A stretch of DNA of 64,000 bases, from positions 96,001-160,000 of the forward strand of contig JANNVQ010000014.1 of the NCBI GenBank assembly GCA_031414535.1, written 5' to 3'. Shown here piece by piece: positions 20,101 through 28,617 of this stretch (position 1 is its first letter; each line of letters begins with the position of its first letter). Source of the DNA: Gemmatimonas sp. (GTDB lineage: Bacteria; Gemmatimonadota; Gemmatimonadetes; Gemmatimonadales; Gemmatimonadaceae). A model generated the notes under the pieces. It made no database searches and had not been told where the DNA came from. It saw only the letters and a program-made list of their open reading frames with translations. The translations under genes and the position numbers were made by a program.

Positions 20101-22605
20101 ATCCACGATAGCGCGCACCATCCGACGCATATACTTGCCGCTGCGCGTCTCCGGAAACTGGGAGACTTCAATGAAGTCTTCCGGTACCGCCGTGGGGCCC
20201 TTCTCTTGGCGCACGGTCTCAATGAGGCGACGGCGATCATCGCTCGTGAGCTTGCGGCCCGGCGCGGGCTTCACGAACGCCAGCGGCGTGAGCCCCTTCT
20301 GCGCATGCGGGGCGCCGACGACAATCACATTGCCCACGGGTGAATCGGGATTCACCTGCTTGTCGCGCAGGATAGCGCCTTCAATCTCTTCTGTGCCGAG
20401 CCGGTGGCCAGACACGTTGATTACGTCGTCTGAACGGCCGTGCAGCGAGAAGCCGCCGTCTGCGTACTTTACCGCAAAGTCGCCCTGCGTGTAGGCAAAG
20501 CGGCCCTGCCAGCGCGTCCAGTAGGTGCTGCGGTAGCGATCAAAATCACCGCGCCAGCTCTTGGACACCGCGTGCCCATCAACCTTAAAGCCTTCGGCGT
20601 CGCCCCAGATGGTGCGCGCCAAATACGGATACGGCGCCGCAATGACAATCTCGCCCTTCTCGCCGATCTCGGCGGGACGTGGCTTGAGACGGCCCTCGGC
20701 ATCAGGCTCGCTATCCGGCAACCACACATCGCCCTGCACCCACGGCAGAGGATACGTGTGGGCATCGGCGCGCAGCGGGAAATCGGCGTTGCCAAACAAA
20801 TGCGTCCACACGATGCCGCCGTGCTCGGTGGCCCAATACGAATTGATGTACCAGGGCGTCACGAGCTCCATGCCAAACTGCTGCACGCTCGGCGACGTGG
20901 GCTCGGCGCAGAAGGTCGCCACACGCAGCGAGTCGAGCGCGTATTGCTTGACGTCCGCCACGTTCTGCGGATCCGTCATCACCGTCTTCAAGAAGGTCAC
21001 GCCCGCCTTGAAGATCTTCACACCGTAGCGCTCAATCATGCTCGCGAAGCGGCCGGCGCTCGGGAATACCGGCGCGCCTTCGCCAATCACCGAGGTCACG
21101 CGCGAGGACAGCGCAGCGCAGATCATATAGCTCTGGCCCGTGATCCAACCGGGATCGGCCACCACGTACATCACATCGCCCGGCTGCGCATCGAAGGCAA
21201 CCTTCATCGTATGTGTGAGGCCGGCCACGTAGCCGCCGTGGACGTGCACGACGCCCTTGGGCTTGCCGGTGGAGCCGGAGGTATAGATGAAGAAGAGCGG
21301 AAACTCCGCGTCCACCACAGCCGGCGCCGACGAGGCCCAGACGGCTTCCACCAACGCACGGTCATCGAGCGCGAGCAGGTCTGCCTCGCTCGCAACATTC
21401 GCGCCGGCGCGCCGTGCCTGCTCCACAACGTGCGCGAGCGCCTTCGCGGTAAGTTCGTGCGCCCACTGGTCACGCTCGGCGCGCCAAACAATATCCGTCT
21501 GTGCCGTATGACGCACCACAATCACCGCACGCACCCGGGCCGGCGTGGCAACGAGCGCTGAGGCGATAGCGGTGCGAATGCGCGAGGCTTCGGCGGAGCT
21601 GAGGGCGGTGAAGGCCTCAAGTGCGAGACCCACGCCGCGCATCACATCCGAGCGCTCGAGCGTGATTTCACCGCGTACAGCGCTGGCCGCACCATCGAGA
21701 ATGGCGCTGGCCAAAGCGGTATCCAGCTTCAAGGACTCAACAGCGGCGCGCACAGTAGCCGCGGCAACCTCGGCCGGTACGTAATTGTCGAGCGCTGGGT
21801 CCGTATACACTTCCTTGAACGGCACCACCTGCGCGTTGCGATATCCACCATCGGCCGTGATGACCACGGACGCGCCCGCATTGTGAATGCGGTCGGAGAG
21901 CGTCTTGTCGGAGAAGCCGCCAAACACCGGCGTGTACACTACACCGAGTCGCTTGCAGGCCTCAGTCCAGAACACTTGCTCCGGAATGTTTGGCATGTTG
22001 ATGGCCACGCGGTCCCCGCGCTCGACGCCAAGATTGCGCAGCGCGATGGCGCACTTGGCCGTCTCGAGCAGGAGGCGCTTACGGCTGACCGCGAAGGACA
22101 CCACCGGGCCGCCGCGGCCACCATCGAGCGACTGGTCCCATCTGTCTCCTTCGAAGAGCAGCGCGGCTTCGCTGCCGTGGCCGGCCAAAACGTGGCGATC
22201 TACTTCATTAAAGCAGGCGTTGGTGAGACCGCCGGAAAACCAGCGGTAAAACGGGGCTTCGCTGTCGTCGAAGGCGCGATGCCAAGGAGTCCAGTCGGCC
22301 GCGAGCGAGGCTTCAACTTGAGCGCCAGTGCGGGCGTCGTAGCCGGCCCAACGGGAGCTCGTATCGTCCCAAGAGATCCAGGCACCGTGCATGCCCACAT
22401 CTGGTGCAAACCAATGGATTTCGCGGCTGGCGATGGCACCGTGATAGGCGCCTGGATCGGCGAGCACTTGAGCCCGCTGCGCGTCCCATTCGGCACGGCT
22501 ACGGATTGGGTTCACCAGGGCCAACGGCGGGGTGATGTCTGGCGCCGTGCCCGCAGCGTCCGCTGGTGCGGAACGAGAATTTCCCGTGCTAGTGCGCATC
22601 TGCAC
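17107..22605 (-). CDS. pcs: Trifunctional propionyl-CoA synthase (3-HP-CoA synthetase / dehydratase / acrylyl-CoA reductase)
   Basis: 1832 aa: acyl-CoA synthetase (YTSGSTGKPKG, PETRSGKYMRR), crotonase (GGGMEFA, GQPEVRLNLLPGYGGTQRL) and MDR reductase (SEVNFNDIW, EGAATGTG, QVWMRQRRI) domains. Start is GTG 22605 or ATG 22599. Confidence 0.94.
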   Translation of the reverse strand: MQMRTSTGNSRSAPADAAGTAPDITPPLALVNPIRSRAEWDAQRAQVLADPGAYHGAIASREIHWFAPDVGMHGAWISWDDTSSRWAGYDARTGAQVEASLAADWTPWHRAFDDSEAPFYRWFSGGLTNACFNEVDRHVLAGHGSEAALLFEGDRWDQSLDGGRGGPVVSFAVSRKRLLLETAKCAIALRNLGVERGDRVAINMPNIPEQVFWTEACKRLGVVYTPVFGGFSDKTLSDRIHNAGASVVITADGGYRNAQVVPFKEVYTDPALDNYVPAEVAAATVRAAVESLKLDTALASAILDGAASAVRGEITLERSDVMRGVGLALEAFTALSSAEASRIRTAIASALVATPARVRAVIVVRHTAQTDIVWRAERDQWAHELTAKALAHVVEQARRAGANVASEADLLALDDRALVEAVWASSAPAVVDAEFPLFFIYTSGSTGKPKGVVHVHGGYVAGLTHTMKVAFDAQPGDVMYVVADPGWITGQSYMICAALSSRVTSVIGEGAPVFPSAGRFASMIERYGVKIFKAGVTFLKTVMTDPQNVADVKQYALDSLRVATFCAEPTSPSVQQFGMELVTPWYINSYWATEHGGIVWTHLFGNADFPLRADAHTYPLPWVQGDVWLPDSEPDAEGRLKPRPAEIGEKGEIVIAAPYPYLARTIWGDAEGFKVDGHAVSKSWRGDFDRYRSTYWTRWQGRFAYTQGDFAVKYADGGFSLHGRSDDVINVSGHRLGTEEIEGAILRDKQVNPDSPVGNVIVVGAPHAQKGLTPLAFVKPAPGRKLTSDDRRRLIETVRQEKGPTAVPEDFIEVSQFPETRSGKYMRRMVRAIVDGEDVGDTSTLRNPECIPELRRVVADWLERQKVADEQRLFEDYRYFRILYHPLSDTARLAVVTINNPPVNALNERALDELNIVVDHVARREDVKAVIFTGQGTASFVAGADIRQLLEEVRTIEEALPLPNNAQLAFRKIEAMNKPAIAAINGVALGGGMEFAMACHVRVAESSASFGQPEVRLNLLPGYGGTQRLPRLLETAKHAHPLVRALEIIIGGRTQDADAMSADGLVHALASDSEDVLTLAVRLAAEYVRDEKGSGLVARTFAARRAAARAWQGPGGDDLNAALHDPEVRRLLAQADVVGRGAVAARIVDAVRTGWTRGIDAGLEREARLFAEAVVDPDGGKAGIQAFQDKRSAALPTHRDTTPHGAVREALISSGDLLPVGAPFFPGLTPVPRWQFGHAVVRDARTGAPDHGLPREKEREIVAPVPTPGPNEALVYVLASEVNFNDIWAITGIPVSPFENHDLDYQVTGSGGVGLVAAMGGELKKEGRLKVGDLVTIYSGQSELLSPLAGRDPMYAGFSIQGYETDTGSHQQFLLTQGPQLHHLPADLTLEAAGSYVLNLGTVVRALFTTLQVESGKRIFVEGAATGTGLEALKSAARNGLSAVGLVSSAERAAFVKAQGAAGAIDRKDARWAKVFTPVPSDAAGIAKWERDGEPLLQAFRDQNGGGLADYAVSHAGQEAFPRSFQMLAEGGTLTFYGATSGYWFSFVGKRGASTPDAMLRRARLRAGEAVLLYYGVGDGALLDPVGLEAIEAVRALRGRLVVATATDAQREFVQSLGFGDAVKGVVSLEEIRRREGDGFDWPDALPPMPDAKKETAAFKDAVRDYQERTMKPFGSAVGKYLRTADNPRGYPDLIIERAGHDALAASTSLVKPFTGRVVYCEDLAGRRFTFYAPQVWMRQRRILMPTATIAGTHLCNAYEVVRMNEMIGAGQLEVTEPTVVPWEDLPKAHQAMWDNTHAGATYVVNHALPRPGLRSRDELYQEWAARRRSDA

Positions 22606-22805
22606 TCACGACGACGTGGCGAACGCGTGACTCCGGCCTTGTGCTACCAAACCGGACACTGGGGGGTTGGGGGAAGTTATGCGCCGCGCTCCGAGTCACC
22701 AGCTACCCGAATGGGTTGGGTGGTTTGGGCACCACCGAGCCGGTTCGAGCATTCAAATGGGCTGTGGCGCAGCCACAACATTTCACCCGTTCCGTACACA
22801 TCGTC

Positions 22806-24194
22806 ATGCGCTCCTTACTCCGCCGAGTTCTCGCGGCCGCTCTTATCAGCCCCCTCGTTCTCTCAGCTCAAGAACCCAGTCGCGCCGGCGGACCGCCTGC
22901 CGGGGTAGCTGCCCAGCGTCCTGCCGGGCCCGATTCCTCGACGCTGCAGTCGCAGGCCATCCGGGTCTTCCTCGACTGTCAGGGCCGAGCCCGTGGCTGC
23001 GACCGCGACTTTCTCGTCACGGAAATCAACTTCGTGAACTGGATGCGCGACCGCTTCGACGCCGACGTGCAAATTCTGGCCCAGGCCCTCACGAACGGCG
23101 GTGGCGGGATTGAGTACACGATCACCTTCATCGGTCGGAATCGCTTTGAGGGGATGACGGACACGCTCAAGCTGAACACGCTGCCGAACGACGCTGACGA
23201 TCGCATTCGCCGCGAGCTCGCGCGCGTCTTCAAGCTTGGGCTCACGCGCTATGTGGCCCGCTCGCCGATCGCCTCGCGTTTGCAGGTGGCCTACACCGCG
23301 CCCTTTGGTGGGCAGCGCGGTCAGGTGGCGGCATCAAATCTGCAGGACCGGTGGAACCTCTGGACCTACACCACGAACCTCAACACCTTCGTGCGCGCCG
23401 AGGAGAGGCAGCGGGTGGTAACCGGGTCGCTGGCGTTCTCGGCAAATCGCTCCACTGCCGAATGGAAGCTCAACTTCTCCATTAGCGGCAACATTGACGA
23501 GCGGAAGTTCAAGATTCCGGCGAGCACCACGCGCCCCGCGTTCACGGTCACCAACGAGCAGCGCACGTACAACCTCAACTCGCTGATGGTGCGCTCGCTC
23601 TCGGATCACTGGTCGGCCGGCCTCAAGTTGGGCGCAGGCTATTCAGACTTTCTCAATCAGGATGCGGCAATCCGGGCGCAGCCAGCCGTCGAGTACAATG
23701 TGTTCCCCTGGACGGAGCAGACGCGGCGCCAGTTTACCATTTTGTACAACATCGGCCCCAACTTCTACGACTACCAGCGCGAAACCGTGTTTGGCGAGAC
23801 CTCGGAAGTCCGCTTCTCTCAGCAGCTGACGACGTCGTACGTGGCGCGCCAGCAGTGGGGTACGCTCAACCTCTCGCTGGACTGGCTGAACTACCTGCAC
23901 GATTTCAACCGTCACGCGCTGACCTTCACGACCAACGCCGACCTGCGCTTGGGCCGCGGTTTTTCGCTCAATATCAACGGCTCGGCCGCTCGCGTGCGCG
24001 ACCAAATCTACCTGCCAGCCGCCGGCAACACCGAAGAGGAGATTCTCCTCAGCCGTCAGGCGCTTCAGACCGGCTTTCGCATCGAAACGAGAATCGGCGT
24101 GCGCTACACGTTCGGCTCGATCTACAACACTATCGTAAACCAGCGTTTCAGCTCGCTGGGCTCAAGCGGCGGTCGCTTCCAGTTCTTCTTCTAG
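22806..24194 (+). CDS. Hypothetical secreted protein, probable outer-membrane beta-barrel
   Basis: Signal peptide from ATG 22806, N domain VFLDC...CDRDF, amphipathic aromatic-rich strands, terminal Phe. Confidence 0.6.
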   Translation: MRSLLRRVLAAALISPLVLSAQEPSRAGGPPAGVAAQRPAGPDSSTLQSQAIRVFLDCQGRARGCDRDFLVTEINFVNWMRDRFDADVQILAQALTNGGGGIEYTITFIGRNRFEGMTDTLKLNTLPNDADDRIRRELARVFKLGLTRYVARSPIASRLQVAYTAPFGGQRGQVAASNLQDRWNLWTYTTNLNTFVRAEERQRVVTGSLAFSANRSTAEWKLNFSISGNIDERKFKIPASTTRPAFTVTNEQRTYNLNSLMVRSLSDHWSAGLKLGAGYSDFLNQDAAIRAQPAVEYNVFPWTEQTRRQFTILYNIGPNFYDYQRETVFGETSEVRFSQQLTTSYVARQQWGTLNLSLDWLNYLHDFNRHALTFTTNADLRLGRGFSLNINGSAARVRDQIYLPAAGNTEEEILLSRQALQTGFRIETRIGVRYTFGSIYNTIVNQRFSSLGSSGGRFQFFF

Positions 24195-24210
24195 AAGTAC
24201 CAACAGTGAA

Positions 24211-24251
24211 AAAGACGGTCCGCCACGATTGCTTCGTGGCGGACCGTCTTT
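24211..24251. terminator. Bidirectional intrinsic terminator between convergent genes
   Basis: 18-bp perfect stem AAAGACGGTCCGCCACGA / TCGTGGCGGACCGTCTTT with a 5-nt loop and A/T tracts at the ends. Confidence 0.85.
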
Positions 24252-24276
24252 GCATTCACAGGCTCTTGCGAGTCGC

Positions 24277-25989
24277 TTACTGCTTGGTCGTGGCGGTTGC
24301 GTTTGGCTTCGCTGTTCCCTCAGCGGGCGCATCTTCATCGGTCAGCTTTCCAAAGGCGCCTGGCAACTCTACGCCCGCGATGTCGCGCAGCACGTTCATC
24401 ATCGGAGGCAGGGTGCCGGCCATGCTCTGTAGAAATCCGCTTGCTCCGCCTTTCCCACCCTGGCCCGAATCCCACACCACGACCTTATCGAACTTGATGT
24501 TGGAAATAGCCTTGGCTGAAGTCTCAGCGAGTGTGTCGAGATGCTCCACCATCATGAGCTGGAACGCCTCCTTGGCGCCGCCGGCGGCCGCGACCAGCTC
24601 CTTCATCGCCTCAGCCTTGCGCGACATGATCTCGTATTGGCCCCGAGCCTCCGCCTCCAGCTTCGCGTAGATGGCACCGGCCTCGGCCTGCGCCTGAATC
24701 CGTACGCGTTCGGCGTCCGCTTCAGCCTCGACGATTATCTGAGCCTTTTGTGCCTTCGCACTCGCCTCAAGCTTTGCGCGCTGCTCCGCCTCAACACGTT
24801 CTGCATCGGCGAGCGCCGCGCGCGCCATAGCCCGGAAACCCGCTTCCTGCACCGCCGCCTCCGCTTCGCGCTTGCGTGTCTCGGCAAGCTGGTACGATTC
24901 CGCTTCTTTCACAACCAGGGTAGCGCGAGTGGCCGCAACCAAGGCCTGCGAGGCAGCTTCACCTTCAATAGCCTTGGCTTCCGCGTCGGCCACAGCCACG
25001 CGGCGCTGGCGCTCAGCGTCCTTGATCTGCGCGTCACGTTCGAAGGCCGCACGCTGCTCGCCGATCTGTTGGTCGCGGTCTAGTTCCGCGATGCGTACCG
25101 CTTGCTGGCGCTCCGCTTCCTTCACGAGCGCTTCGCGCTGCAACGCCGCAGTCTGTTCGCCAACAGCCTGCTCCTTTTCGACTTCGGCAATGCGTACGAG
25201 CTTATCGCGATCCGCTTCGCGAATGCCGATCTCGCGGAACTTGCCAGCGTTCGCCACTTGCACGGCGCGCTCGCGCTCGGCCTCCGCCACGCGGACCTCG
25301 CCGAGCTTCTCTTGGTCGGCCACGTCGCCGCGCGCCTGCTGAACGGCCATTGCAGCTGCCTTCTTGCCAATGGCTTCGATGTAGCCGGAATCGTCCTTCA
25401 AGTCCGTGATGTTCACGTTGATTAGGACGAGGCCAATCTTCTTCAGCTCCGGCTCGAGCGACATCTGGATGCGCTGGAGGAAGCCCTCGCGATCGCGATT
25501 GATTTCCTCAATGCGCATCGAAGCGATCACCTGGCGCAGCTGGCCAAAGATGATGTCCTGCGCTTGACGCTTGATGGCCTCGTGGGCGAGACCGAGAAGC
25601 CGGATCGCTGCGTTGCTGCGAATGTCCGCTTCGGTACCGATGGCAACCGTGAATACGGAGGGCACGGCCACGCGGATATTCTCGAGCGAGAGCGCATCCT
25701 TGAGAGGAATGTCAATCTGGATTGGCTCCAAGCTGAGATATGCATATTCCTGAATGACGGGCCACACGAATGCGCCGCCGCCAGAGATGCAGCGCGCCGC
25801 ACCGTCCCCTCCTACGCGGCCCGAAATCACCAGCACCTTGTTCGCCGGGCAGCGGCGATAGCGCGAGACGAAGAGCACAACGAGGCCACCGACCGAGAGC
25901 GCGGCGACCGCGGGAAGGACGACACCAAGCATGCTGGTATTCTCCAGCATGTTGCCGAGTTGCAACAAGAGTCCGCTACCGCTGAGCAT
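24277..25989 (-). CDS. Flotillin (SPFH/Band 7) family membrane protein
   Basis: N-terminal TM helix, SPFH domain (GGGAFVWPVIQ, GQLRQVIA, INRDRE), long AEA/ERE coiled coil, AISNIKFDKVVVWD. Confidence 0.9.
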   Translation of the reverse strand: MLSGSGLLLQLGNMLENTSMLGVVLPAVAALSVGGLVVLFVSRYRRCPANKVLVISGRVGGDGAARCISGGGAFVWPVIQEYAYLSLEPIQIDIPLKDALSLENIRVAVPSVFTVAIGTEADIRSNAAIRLLGLAHEAIKRQAQDIIFGQLRQVIASMRIEEINRDREGFLQRIQMSLEPELKKIGLVLINVNITDLKDDSGYIEAIGKKAAAMAVQQARGDVADQEKLGEVRVAEAERERAVQVANAGKFREIGIREADRDKLVRIAEVEKEQAVGEQTAALQREALVKEAERQQAVRIAELDRDQQIGEQRAAFERDAQIKDAERQRRVAVADAEAKAIEGEAASQALVAATRATLVVKEAESYQLAETRKREAEAAVQEAGFRAMARAALADAERVEAEQRAKLEASAKAQKAQIIVEAEADAERVRIQAQAEAGAIYAKLEAEARGQYEIMSRKAEAMKELVAAAGGAKEAFQLMMVEHLDTLAETSAKAISNIKFDKVVVWDSGQGGKGGASGFLQSMAGTLPPMMNVLRDIAGVELPGAFGKLTDEDAPAEGTAKPNATATTKQ

Positions 25990-26521
25990 CACTGTCCCCG
26001 TGAATGAGTGGGCTACGACCAACCAAGACCGTATCGTGTGAGAGGGTGTCGACCACCCAGACTTGTGCGCCCGACGGAATCGATTCCTCCGCGGTCATCG
26101 CGGCAAGTTCGAGGAACCGTGAGTGGGCGGTGAGGTGCACCTTGCCCACGCCCGCGCGGGCGCCGGGGATCGGCAGAGCGACTTGCGCCGCCACTCCGAT
26201 GGTCATTCCAATCTGAAAGCTCTTATCAAGGTCGAGGCGGCGCATCCGCATCGTGAGCCACGCGATGCCGAATGCGGCCCCGGCGCCTACTACAATGGCA
26301 ATTGGGAGCGCGAGTAAACCCGGCACTCCCCATTGCACGAGACCTAGGCCGGCACCACCGAGTCCGGCGGCCGCGGCCGATAGGGCTCTGACCGTAAAAA
26401 GGTCGAGGCCGTCGCTGACATCCGATTCGAAATCGTCCCCGACGCCGAAGACGCCAAGCACGAACTGAATCACGATAACGCCGGTCCCCAGAGCGAAGAG
26501 TGTTAAAAAGAAGGCCGTCAC
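25976..26521 (-). CDS. NfeD-like (YuaF-type) membrane protein, flotillin partner
   Basis: Three hydrophobic segments then an OB-fold-like tail (IPGARAGVGKV...IPSGAQVWV). GTG at 26521 with AAGGAG ribosome-binding site; overlaps the flotillin start. Confidence 0.8.
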   Translation of the reverse strand: MTAFFLTLFALGTGVIVIQFVLGVFGVGDDFESDVSDGLDLFTVRALSAAAAGLGGAGLGLVQWGVPGLLALPIAIVVGAGAAFGIAWLTMRMRRLDLDKSFQIGMTIGVAAQVALPIPGARAGVGKVHLTAHSRFLELAAMTAEESIPSGAQVWVVDTLSHDTVLVGRSPLIHGDSDAQR

Positions 26522-26659
26522 ATCGTCTCCTTGAGGGAAGGTAAATCTGGAAACCCGCACGGGGATTTGGCTAGCCTCGCGATGGATGTGCTCGAGGCAG
26601 AGTCCCCGGTTACGTTCAGACGAGGTCCGGATAGAGTACAAACTCCCGGGAGTAAGGCA

Positions 26660-26821
26660 ATGAAGAAGCTGCTCGTGTTCGTGGGTTCCACTCTCGGCAG
26701 CTACACCGGCTGGTGGCTCGGCGAGGACTTCGGCTTCATGACGGCCTTCATTCTTAGCATGGTCGGCCTAGGCGTCGGAATGTGGCTCGGCGCCCGCTAC
26801 GCCCAGCGCTACGACGGATAG
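26660..26821 (+). CDS. Small (53 aa) glycine-rich two-helix membrane protein
   Basis: MKKLLVFVGSTLGSYTGWWLG...GLGVGMWLGARY, with GGGAGTAAGG upstream of ATG 26660. Confidence 0.65.
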   Translation: MKKLLVFVGSTLGSYTGWWLGEDFGFMTAFILSMVGLGVGMWLGARYAQRYDG

Positions 26822-26841
26822 CCACGCCGAGGACAGCTGTC

Positions 26842-26889
26842 ACTTTGTAGTACCAAGTACTTGACAGCAGGCGACGCGAACGGCATCCT
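26842..26889 (+). promoter_or_regulatory. Operator-like inverted repeat plus sigma-70 promoter, probably giving a leaderless transcript
   Basis: ACTTTG-TAGTA-CCAAGT (26842-26858), then TTGACA (26861) - 17 nt - CATCCT (26884). ATG lies at 26896. Confidence 0.55.
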
Positions 26890-26895
26890 CAGGGC

Positions 26896-27528
26896 ATGCC
26901 GAAGCCCGCCCGAGAGACCCCGGCGCTCCACGACCGAGCGCTGCAAGATCTCTCCTTCATTCGCCGTACCATGGAAGGCGCCGCTGCCTTCACCGACGTT
27001 CCCGGCTGGGGACTGGTGGTCAGCGGCGCCGTTGCGCTCGCCACCGCACCACTCGCCGCACGGCAACCGACACCCGAACGCTGGGTCGCGATGTGGACAG
27101 CGGCGGCGCTCGTCGCCGCGTGCGTCGGCTCCTGGATGATGTTCCGAAAGATGCGCCTACGCGTGGGCCCGCAGCAGCCTCTCTTGGTGAGCGTACCCGC
27201 ACGAAAGTTCTTGCTCAGCTTCTGGCCCAGTATCGTCGCCGGTGCACTCATCACCTTCGCCCTCATCGATCCCTTCGTTCCGGGGATTGATGCGCACCTC
27301 ACCGCTCGAGTGTTCCCGGGACTCTGGTTGCTTCTCTACGGCCTCGGCGTCACCACCGCCGGTGCCTTTTCCATCCGCGCCGTACCCCTCATGGGACTCG
27401 GCTTCATCACACTCGGTGCCGTAGCCCTCTTCGTTCCCGTACTCAACGGCGATCTGATGATGGCACTCGGCTTCGGCGCACTGCAGGTGGTGTTCGGCGT
27501 GCGCATTGCCCGGAGGTATGGTGGCTAA
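26896..27528 (+). CDS. Hypothetical multi-pass membrane protein
   Basis: About six hydrophobic segments; N-terminal ALQDLSFIRRTME; overlaps the downstream regulator. Confidence 0.75.
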   Translation: MPKPARETPALHDRALQDLSFIRRTMEGAAAFTDVPGWGLVVSGAVALATAPLAARQPTPERWVAMWTAAALVAACVGSWMMFRKMRLRVGPQQPLLVSVPARKFLLSFWPSIVAGALITFALIDPFVPGIDAHLTARVFPGLWLLLYGLGVTTAGAFSIRAVPLMGLGFITLGAVALFVPVLNGDLMMALGFGALQVVFGVRIARRYGG

Positions 27529-27925
27529 GAACGACGGCTCTGCCGCACGCGCCAAGCGACTCGACCCAAAGCGCCTCGACGCGAAGCACGAACGCACGAC
27601 CCTGAAGTCCGTGGATGGAGATGCCGCTATGCCCATGAGCCTCGACCGCGTCATTCACGAGCGCCTGCGACTCGCCATTGTGAGCGCACTCGCCGTGCAC
27701 GATTCGCTGACCTTCAATGAATTGAAGGCCATGCTCGAGACCTCCGACGGCAACGTGTCCGTGCACGCGCGCAAGCTGGAAGACGCGGGTTACGTGGCCT
27801 GCAAGAAGGGATTCGATGGCCGGGTGCCACGTACGGAGTACAAGCTCACGGCGGCTGGGCGTCGCGCGCTGGAACAGTACTTGTCGCACATGGAAGCGCT
27901 CATCAAGCGAGTGAGCGGCGTATGA
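27518..27925 (+). CDS. Winged-helix transcriptional regulator (MarR/ArsR-like, HTH_34 type)
   Basis: LDRVIHERLRLAIVSAL...LTFNELK...SDGNVSVHARKLEDAGYV...RTEYKLT. Start at 27518 or 27521. Confidence 0.85.
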   Translation: MVAKNDGSAARAKRLDPKRLDAKHERTTLKSVDGDAAMPMSLDRVIHERLRLAIVSALAVHDSLTFNELKAMLETSDGNVSVHARKLEDAGYVACKKGFDGRVPRTEYKLTAAGRRALEQYLSHMEALIKRVSGV

Positions 27926-28617
27926 ACGGTATCCCGAAGCATCTCGCTGTCATCATGGACGGCAATGGACGCTGGGCCTCACGTCGTGGCCGTCCGCGCT
28001 GGATGGGACACGTGCGCGGCGCACACACCGTGCGCGAGGTGGTGGCCCACTCCGCGCGAGTGGGCGTAGAGCAGCTTACGCTCTACGCCTTCTCCAGTGA
28101 CAACTGGAAGCGCCCCCGCGAGGAAGTTGGGTTTCTCTTTGATCTCTTTGCCTCGCACATCGAACGCCAGCTCGCTGATCTCGTCAAGAACGGCATTCGC
28201 TTCTCGATGATTGGCCGCCGCGATCGGCTGCCACGAGCATTGGTGAACGCCATCGCTGATTCCGAGCGCCGCACGGCGAGTGGACGCCGGATGCACCTGC
28301 GCGTGGCCATCGACTACTCGAGCCGCGAATCCATCCAAGGGGCGCTGACGCTCGACCCCTCCCTGCGCGGCCTTCCTGATGGCGCCACCATTTTGCCACC
28401 GGTGGATTTGCTGCTGCGCACTGGCGGGGAGCGACGTCTGTCGGACTTTCTGTTATGGGAAAGTGCCTATGCCGAACTCGCGTTCTTGGACGTAACGTTT
28501 CCCGACCTTACGACGGCCGACCTCGACGCAGCGTTCGCTGACTTCGCAATGCGCGAGCGTCGTTTTGGAGACGTACCGGCCAGCTCCGAGAACAGTCTCT
28601 CCGAGAGCGGCAGCTAG
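27922..28617 (+). CDS. uppS: Cis-prenyltransferase (UppS family), probably a paralog
   Basis: HLAVIMDGNGRWA, YAFSSDNWKRP and RTGGERRLSDFLLWESAYAE. ATGA overlap with the regulator. Confidence 0.85.
   Translation: MNGIPKHLAVIMDGNGRWASRRGRPRWMGHVRGAHTVREVVAHSARVGVEQLTLYAFSSDNWKRPREEVGFLFDLFASHIERQLADLVKNGIRFSMIGRRDRLPRALVNAIADSERRTASGRRMHLRVAIDYSSRESIQGALTLDPSLRGLPDGATILPPVDLLLRTGGERRLSDFLLWESAYAELAFLDVTFPDLTTADLDAAFADFAMRERRFGDVPASSENSLSESGS

Noticed and set aside
6477..22605. 3-HP cluster as a mobile genomic island
   Set aside because: No integrase, transposase, tRNA or flanking direct repeats seen, and no obvious compositional shift by eye. Horizontal origin needs phylogeny.
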